Assembly: GCA_049969675.1 (NCBI GenBank)
Contig: JBMFOP010000010.1
Coordinates: 1-43,026 of the forward strand
DNA from: Myxococcota bacterium
Lineage (GTDB): Bacteria; Myxococcota; SpSt-1050
Length of the DNA: 43,026 nt
Direction: 5' to 3'
Both the position numbers and the translations under genes were made by a program. Within the stretch, counting starts at the first letter, position 1. Every line of letters starts with the position of its first letter. Positions 37,119 through 43,026 of the stretch are shown in pieces. The notes under the pieces are model-generated. The model was not told where the DNA came from, did not search any database, and saw nothing but the letters and a program-made list of their open reading frames with translations.

Positions 37119-37754
37119 TTATGCCTCCCCAAATTTCTTCTTCATCTCAAGGTATTCAAGATATTCTGAGAGAAGCTGGCGATTTGTAATTTTGATTCCA
37201 TTATTTGTTATCTCTATAAGCCCCTTTTTGATGAGCCTGTCCAGATCTTGAGAGAGTGTCTCATAGGGTTCATCCAGCCATTCTGATATATCATTGAGTG
37301 ACATCTGCAGTTCAAATGAGTTTTCAATAGATTGATTTATTAGAAAGTGTATAAATCTACTCTCAACATCTCTTAAGAGGATATTTTCTATCAGAATATC
37401 TGCCTCGTCAAGTCTCTGAGCCAATTTCTTAATGAATCTGAAGGATATCTCTGGATTCTGAAACAACATCTTCTCAAAAATCTCTGGCTCAAGGACAATC
37501 AGCATACAATCTTCAAGGGCAATAGCAGTGGCAGTTCTTGGTTTGTTGTTGATAAATGACATCTCACCAAAGAAATCTCCGGCACTTGATAAAATGGATA
37601 ATGTCTTATTTTTGTCTCTAATCGCTCGTACTAGTTTTACCTTACCCTGCTGGAGAATAAATATCTCCCTTGAAAGGTCTCCCTGTTTGAAGATGATACT
37701 GCCCTTAGAAAACTTTCTGCCGTATTTCTCAAGAAGTGAATTGTCGTAACCCAT
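37119..37754 (-). CDS. Crp/Fnr-family cNMP-binding transcriptional regulator
   Basis: GDFFGEMSFINNKPRTATA phosphate-binding cassette and C-terminal wHTH-like region. Start ATG 37754 (AAGGAG SD). Confidence 0.9.
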   Translation of the reverse strand: MGYDNSLLEKYGRKFSKGSIIFKQGDLSREIFILQQGKVKLVRAIRDKNKTLSILSSAGDFFGEMSFINNKPRTATAIALEDCMLIVLEPEIFEKMLFQNPEISFRFIKKLAQRLDEADILIENILLRDVESRFIHFLINQSIENSFELQMSLNDISEWLDEPYETLSQDLDRLIKKGLIEITNNGIKITNRQLLSEYLEYLEMKKKFGEA

Positions 37755-37768
37755 AATAACAAACTCCT

Positions 37769-40003
37769 TTACTTCGTTTTCATAGTAAAGACACCATCCC
37801 AATCTTTTGGTGGTGGGTCTGTCTTAAATATCTCTATTCGTTCTAAAAATACATTTGATGGTTTATCTTCTCCACGAATATTAATAGTCTCTTCAAATTT
37901 TATCCTTGCCTCTTCAAACCTCTGCTCTCTATAGAGTTTGAGCCCTTCTTCAAAAGTAGCAATCCATTTTGGAGTCTCCTTTAGAATAGATCTTTCACCA
38001 ATAATTTCGTATATCCTTACTGGTTCTTTCTTCCCCTTGACTCTTATGAAATCCAGCTCCCTTACTAAAAACATATCGTTTAGGTGTTTGATTGTCCCTT
38101 CGGAGGCAATGATATTTGTGCCATATTCTTTATTGGTTCCTTCAAGTCGGGAGCCCAGATTGACCTGGTCCCCAATCACCGTATATTCAAATTTGACATT
38201 TGAACCCATATTGCCAACTACCATCTCTCCAGTATTTATACCAATACCTATATTGATATCGGGGAGCCCTCTCTTCTTCCACCCCTCTCTGAGCCTCTTT
38301 AAAACCTCTATCATCTCTAGCGAAGCCTTCGCACAGTTTATAGCATGGTCGGGGGTATGAAGTGGTGCGCCGAAGATAGCCATAATTCCATCTCCCATAT
38401 ATTTATCCAGTGTGCCATTGTATTTGAAGATTATCTCTGTCATCGGGTTCAGATATTCGTGCAACAGATTTACAAGCATCTCTGGTGGAAGTTTCTCTGA
38501 AATCGTGGTAAATCCTCTAATATCCGAGAAGAAGACGGTTAGCAACCTCTTTTCACCGCCGAGTTTCAATTGATTGATGTCCTTCATTATTTCATCAACC
38601 ACCTGTTTAGTAACATAGTAGGAGAATGCCTTTCTAATCTTCCCCTTCTCCTTCTCCTCGGTGATATATCTAAATGTAGATATCACTATTATTAGAAGTA
38701 GCATCTCCGAAATACTGATTGTTAGCTTCGTATAATAACCTTCTGTAAAGAGTATGTAAATTCCGGAGATATACAGAAAGATTACTATTACAGAGCCCAA
38801 TATGCCATATTGTAATTTTGTCTTTGATAGGAGCAATGAGAGGATAATACCAATTATCAATAATGCCAGAGCCTCAAGGTGCATATAAAAGGGGATTCTT
38901 ACGAGATAATCCTGATTGAGAATATTCTCAATTACATTTGCATGAACCTCCACTCCGGGAAATTCTGAATCCAGAGCAGTGGGTCTTCGGTCATAGACAC
39001 CTAAGGCACTTACACCAATAATTACAAGTTTATCTTTAAGCTCCTCTGGATTGACTCTTTCAAAAAAGACATCAGAAAAACTTATATACTTGAAGGTCCT
39101 CCCTGGCCCATAGTAATTTATAAGATACATTGTCTTATCTTCAGAGGGATTCATAGGGATTTCATTATCACCCAGTTTGATTGATACACACCTCCCTTCG
39201 TTGTATAAGAGGTCTTCTCCCATCTGAACAATAATAGGTTTTTTAAGATAGACAGATAACCCCATTAGAGATAGGGCAGGGTAGTATTCATTTTTATACT
39301 TTAATATCAGTGGCACCCTTCTAAACATACCATCATTATCTGGTTCAATTGTAAAGAATCCTATATATTCAGATGCATCTTTAATCTTATCAATATTGGG
39401 TATTGCATTTTCATATTCAGGGATATTGCATATCTCAGGGTCACCCATTATTGAGGTGCTGAGACGTCTGTTCATAAAATATGGTAGATTTTTCTGCACT
39501 TCATTCTCAGTTAACTCTTCAATATGACTGAGATAGGAGCCGAGCACCACATCCTTTGCCTCTCTTATTGCGTCAGCAAGTTGCTGGTCATTGTCCTCAC
39601 ATCGGATGGCATCTGACTCAATCCCGATGCTCTCCTTAATTCGGGTCATAAGTTCTTCACAATATTGGGTAAATGGGTCTGGCTCAGCAAATATCATATC
39701 AAGTAATATTGTCTTAACTTTATATTTTCTATTCAACTTATTAATTGCCTCTGCCATAACAGATCGTCTCCATGGCCATCTACCCAGTTCCGAGATGCTC
39801 TTCTCATCTACATCTACAATTACAATTTTATCTGAGACTGCCCTCTTTCCACGCACAACAAACATCTGGTCCAGAAAACGCTTCTCAAGGATATTTATTG
39901 TGGCAATTTTATCTTCAATATCTGGAGTTATCCATTTAAAAAAGGAAAAGATGAAAGATATTAATATACCTATTGTAAGAGCTGAAACTTTAAGCCTTCT
40001 CAT
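37769..40003 (-). CDS. CHASE2-domain class III adenylate cyclase
   Basis: CHASE2 (VDVDEKSISELGRWPWRRS, PGVEVHAN), three TM helices, FSDIRGFT, DKYMGDGIMA, YTVIGDQVNLGSRLEG. Confidence 0.94.
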   Translation of the reverse strand: MRRLKVSALTIGILISFIFSFFKWITPDIEDKIATINILEKRFLDQMFVVRGKRAVSDKIVIVDVDEKSISELGRWPWRRSVMAEAINKLNRKYKVKTILLDMIFAEPDPFTQYCEELMTRIKESIGIESDAIRCEDNDQQLADAIREAKDVVLGSYLSHIEELTENEVQKNLPYFMNRRLSTSIMGDPEICNIPEYENAIPNIDKIKDASEYIGFFTIEPDNDGMFRRVPLILKYKNEYYPALSLMGLSVYLKKPIIVQMGEDLLYNEGRCVSIKLGDNEIPMNPSEDKTMYLINYYGPGRTFKYISFSDVFFERVNPEELKDKLVIIGVSALGVYDRRPTALDSEFPGVEVHANVIENILNQDYLVRIPFYMHLEALALLIIGIILSLLLSKTKLQYGILGSVIVIFLYISGIYILFTEGYYTKLTISISEMLLLIIVISTFRYITEEKEKGKIRKAFSYYVTKQVVDEIMKDINQLKLGGEKRLLTVFFSDIRGFTTISEKLPPEMLVNLLHEYLNPMTEIIFKYNGTLDKYMGDGIMAIFGAPLHTPDHAINCAKASLEMIEVLKRLREGWKKRGLPDINIGIGINTGEMVVGNMGSNVKFEYTVIGDQVNLGSRLEGTNKEYGTNIIASEGTIKHLNDMFLVRELDFIRVKGKKEPVRIYEIIGERSILKETPKWIATFEEGLKLYREQRFEEARIKFEETINIRGEDKPSNVFLERIEIFKTDPPPKDWDGVFTMKTK

Positions 40004-40126
40004 AATAGACCCTGTTTATAATACTGAAATCCATTTGTCTATATTTTTTTATTGGTGATATTGATTTTTTCAAAGGAATGAATATTTTTTCGGTGTGGTT
40101 GTTATAATAGATAAGGAGGTGTTTGT

Positions 40127-41605
40127 ATGAAAAAGATTCTTTATCCAGTATTAATAATTCTGGTTGGGTTTGGTGCATTCTTTATAGGTCACGAGTGGGG
40201 TCAGAAGAGCCTTCAGGCTATGCCTCAAGGGAAAGTGCAGAGTGTAGCGGCAAATAATATTATTGCGAGTTCATCGGATGCACCTGCATCCTTTGCCCCA
40301 CTGGTGAAGAAGGCTATGCCAGCGGTAGTAAATATAAGCGTGGAGAAGGTCATTAAGTACAATTTTCCGAAGTTTAAGAACTCTCCATTCCCTGATGACC
40401 CATTTGATGACTTCTTTGAGAGATTCTTTGGATTCAGAAATCTACCAAAGGAAGGGAAACAGACTGGACTCGGTTCTGGTTTTATCGTTAGTGAAGATGG
40501 TTATATCCTTACAAATTACCATGTGATTGCAAATGTGGATAAGGTAGTTGTAAAACTCTACAATGATGATACAGAATATCCGGCAAAGATTGTAGGCTCT
40601 GATGAGAGGACAGATATAGCACTTATTAAGATTGATGCAAAAAAATCCCTCCCTGTTCTGCAACTGGGCGACTCTGATGCAGCGGAGATTGGCGATTGGG
40701 TAATAGCAATAGGAAACCCGCTTGGTCTGAGTCATACAGTAACAAAAGGGATAATTTCATACAAAGGTAGGAAGGAGGTAAAGCCGGGTGGTCCACAGAT
40801 GTATGCAGACTTTATACAGACAGATGCCCCTATAAATAGAGGAAATTCGGGGGGACCACTTTTGAATATGAAAGGTGAAGTGATAGGTATCAATGAATCC
40901 ATCTCTGCAGTTGGCCAGAATATTGGCTTTGCCGTTCCTATAAATATGGTAAAGGTAATAATGCCTCAATTGAAGGAGAAGGGAGTTGTTGAGAGGGCTT
41001 GGCTCGGAATCACTCTGGGACCGGTCTCAGATGAGATAATGAAAAATCTAAATCTTAAAAATAAGAAAGGCGCTTATGTAAATTCTGTCTTTAAGGATTC
41101 TCCAGCAGATAAAGGAGGAATCAAGCCCGATGATGTTATAGTTGAATATAATGGTAAGAGGATTGATGTGGCAGATGACCTGCCGTGGCTGGTATCAAAT
41201 TCGCCAATCAATAAACCAGCAAAGGTAAAGGTTATAAGAGAGGGGAAGGAACTTACGCTTGAGGTTAAACCATCAAAGATGCCTTCTGAGGAGGAACTGG
41301 AGAAGAAGGCTATAGGGCAGGTTGAAAAGAGTTCAGAACTTGGGATTGAGGTTGAAAATATACCACAGGATGTCTTAAATCGTGAGAGATTAAATTACGG
41401 GATCAGGGTCAAATCGGTTGCCCGTGGTTCACTGGCAGATGAAGCAGATATAAGACCAGATGATATCATTCTGGAACTCAATAACCATAAAATTCAGAAT
41501 GTCAGTCAATTTGCAAGTATATATAAATCCATTCCCAAAGGGAAACCTGCAAGGTTTATGATATTGAGGGATGGGGCATTTTTGTATATTGTGATAAGGA
41601 AGTAG
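40127..41605 (+). CDS. degP: DegP/HtrA (Do-family) serine protease with two PDZ domains
   Basis: GSGFIV, TNYHV, TDIALIK, QTDAPINRGNSGGPL and two PDZ-like segments. AAGGAGGT SD. Confidence 0.93.
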   Translation: MKKILYPVLIILVGFGAFFIGHEWGQKSLQAMPQGKVQSVAANNIIASSSDAPASFAPLVKKAMPAVVNISVEKVIKYNFPKFKNSPFPDDPFDDFFERFFGFRNLPKEGKQTGLGSGFIVSEDGYILTNYHVIANVDKVVVKLYNDDTEYPAKIVGSDERTDIALIKIDAKKSLPVLQLGDSDAAEIGDWVIAIGNPLGLSHTVTKGIISYKGRKEVKPGGPQMYADFIQTDAPINRGNSGGPLLNMKGEVIGINESISAVGQNIGFAVPINMVKVIMPQLKEKGVVERAWLGITLGPVSDEIMKNLNLKNKKGAYVNSVFKDSPADKGGIKPDDVIVEYNGKRIDVADDLPWLVSNSPINKPAKVKVIREGKELTLEVKPSKMPSEEELEKKAIGQVEKSSELGIEVENIPQDVLNRERLNYGIRVKSVARGSLADEADIRPDDIILELNNHKIQNVSQFASIYKSIPKGKPARFMILRDGAFLYIVIRK

Positions 41606-41610
41606 ATTTA

Positions 41611-42630
41611 TTAAGGAAAGAATCTTTTATTAGAACTCTTCACTTTCTTCACTATTCCTGAAACCTCCTCTGATGGGCTCTCTATCCGGGGAGGTTCAAT
41701 TTTATCGTTTAATAAACTCTCAATTGTCCTGTAGACAGATTTTGCAACTCCTCTGGTATTATATCCACCTTCAAGGAAGAGACAGAGTCTGTTATTAGTA
41801 TATTTATTTGCCAGAAATTTGAAGAACTCTGTGATTTTATAAAATCCTTCCTCTGTAACTTTCATAGAACCGAGGGGGTCCTTATAGTAGATATCGTATC
41901 CAGCAGAGATTAAAATTATATCGGGCTGAAACTTATCTGCCACGGGGAGCAGTAATTCATTAAAGATGTATAAGAAATCCTCATCGGTCCTGTGTGGCGT
42001 CAATGGGACATTTATAGTATATCCTTCTCCCCTCTCTTCACCTGTTTCATCAAAGTAGCCGGTCCCGGGATAATAGGGGTATAGATGTGTTGAGAAGTAA
42101 AGTATATCATCTCTTCTATAGAATGAACGCTGAGTCCCATTCCCGTGGTGTATATCCCAATCTACAATAAGGACCTTTTTTGAGAGTCCGAGATGTATTA
42201 GATTTGCCGCAGCCACTGCTATATTGTTGAATATACAGAATCCCATCGCCCTTGAGCTCTCCGCGTGGTGACCCGGTGGTCTGATAAGTGCAAATCCATT
42301 CTCAAACTCACACCTTGCAATCCTCATTGCTATTTCAATAGAAGAGCCTGCAGCTATAAATGCAGTTTCAGCAGAGTATCTATTCCCTGATGTATCTGCA
42401 TCAAGTGAGAAATCCTTATCTCGCAATTTATTTATAAGGTCTATATATCCGGTTGTATGAACTTTTGAGAGTTCATCAACTGTTGCCTCTCTAATCGGGA
42501 TTTCTGTAATTCTTTCAAGTAGTGGTTGTATCTCCTTATATATGTCTATCAGTCGCCCTGGCGATTCAGGGTGATAGTCTCCAGCAGAGTGTCTTATAAA
42601 GAGTTCACTTCTTACCAATGCCGTCTTCAT
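41611..42630 (-). CDS. Histone deacetylase-family amidohydrolase
   Basis: HPESPGRL, RPPGHHA, GFCIFNN, DWDIHHGNGT, SAGYD, LEGGY. Start reassigned to ATG 42630 (GGAGGT SD). Confidence 0.93.
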   Translation of the reverse strand: MKTALVRSELFIRHSAGDYHPESPGRLIDIYKEIQPLLERITEIPIREATVDELSKVHTTGYIDLINKLRDKDFSLDADTSGNRYSAETAFIAAGSSIEIAMRIARCEFENGFALIRPPGHHAESSRAMGFCIFNNIAVAAANLIHLGLSKKVLIVDWDIHHGNGTQRSFYRRDDILYFSTHLYPYYPGTGYFDETGEERGEGYTINVPLTPHRTDEDFLYIFNELLLPVADKFQPDIILISAGYDIYYKDPLGSMKVTEEGFYKITEFFKFLANKYTNNRLCLFLEGGYNTRGVAKSVYRTIESLLNDKIEPPRIESPSEEVSGIVKKVKSSNKRFFP

Positions 42631-43026
42631 TGATACCTCCAGTTTGAGATTTATTATAACACGATTTTTCAAAAATTGAATTCTTAATTTCTCTAATTCG
42701 TCATAGCCGAAACCAAAAGTCATAGAGGATATCCAATTTTTATCACTATTAGGGCCTGAGTTTTTCAAAAAATCTTCTGCGCATTTTGCGTAGAAGTCAC
42801 GATTAAAGAATCTAAAACATAGATAACTACAATAATGAATGCCGTTACAGACCCTTTATGTAAAGTGGTGTTATCAAAGAGCCAATTTTTGATTTGTAAT
42901 AACTGATCTCTGTATCTGCCCAGTTTAGATGAAGTCCATTGTAAGATAACCTGCATAGTAAAATAGTTATGTATAATTAACGGGATTAAGTAGAAGTTTA
43001 TGAAATTGAAATTGACTTATTCATAC

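Noticed and set aside
42631..43026. HDAC N-terminal extension and ORF 42765..42956
   Set aside because: HDAC homology and SD begin at 42630. Upstream frames are stop-interrupted with no recognisable product, so a decayed gene is possible but unsupported.

Overview
AT-rich bacterial chromosomal segment. A delta-proteobacterial/Myxococcota-like origin is inferred from gene families and Cys-rich CGDDGCGGSCG motifs, not proven. From left to right it holds: a minus-strand housekeeping block (tRNA-Arg(UCG), tRNA-Leu(UAG), tig, clpP, clpX, lon, sigma54 response regulator); an accessory island of two convergent surface-protein units (7.6-15.8 kb), each led by a paralogous TPR-like exported protein and showing a deletion junction, a nonsense codon, a GC-rich swapped-in beta-propeller domain and a multi-hairpin spacer; ihfB-like, radC and ahpC; a fluoride (crcB-class) riboswitch directly controlling a lone dynamin-like GTPase; two glutamate dehydrogenases flanking a sigma54 two-component system, with candidate RNA-level cross-regulation; a disordered lipoprotein, a TM-receiver remnant and glgP; a long minus-strand run (CHASE2 adenylate cyclase, CRP-type regulator, class II phosphodiesterase, folC, site-2 protease, alkyl-DHAP-synthase-like pair); degP/htrA; and an HDAC-family deacetylase. 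The strongest candidates for new biology are the fluoride riboswitch-dynamin unit, the GDH terminator-loop/leader complementarity and the TPR-led mosaic surface-protein operons. All calls were made by eye, without database searches.
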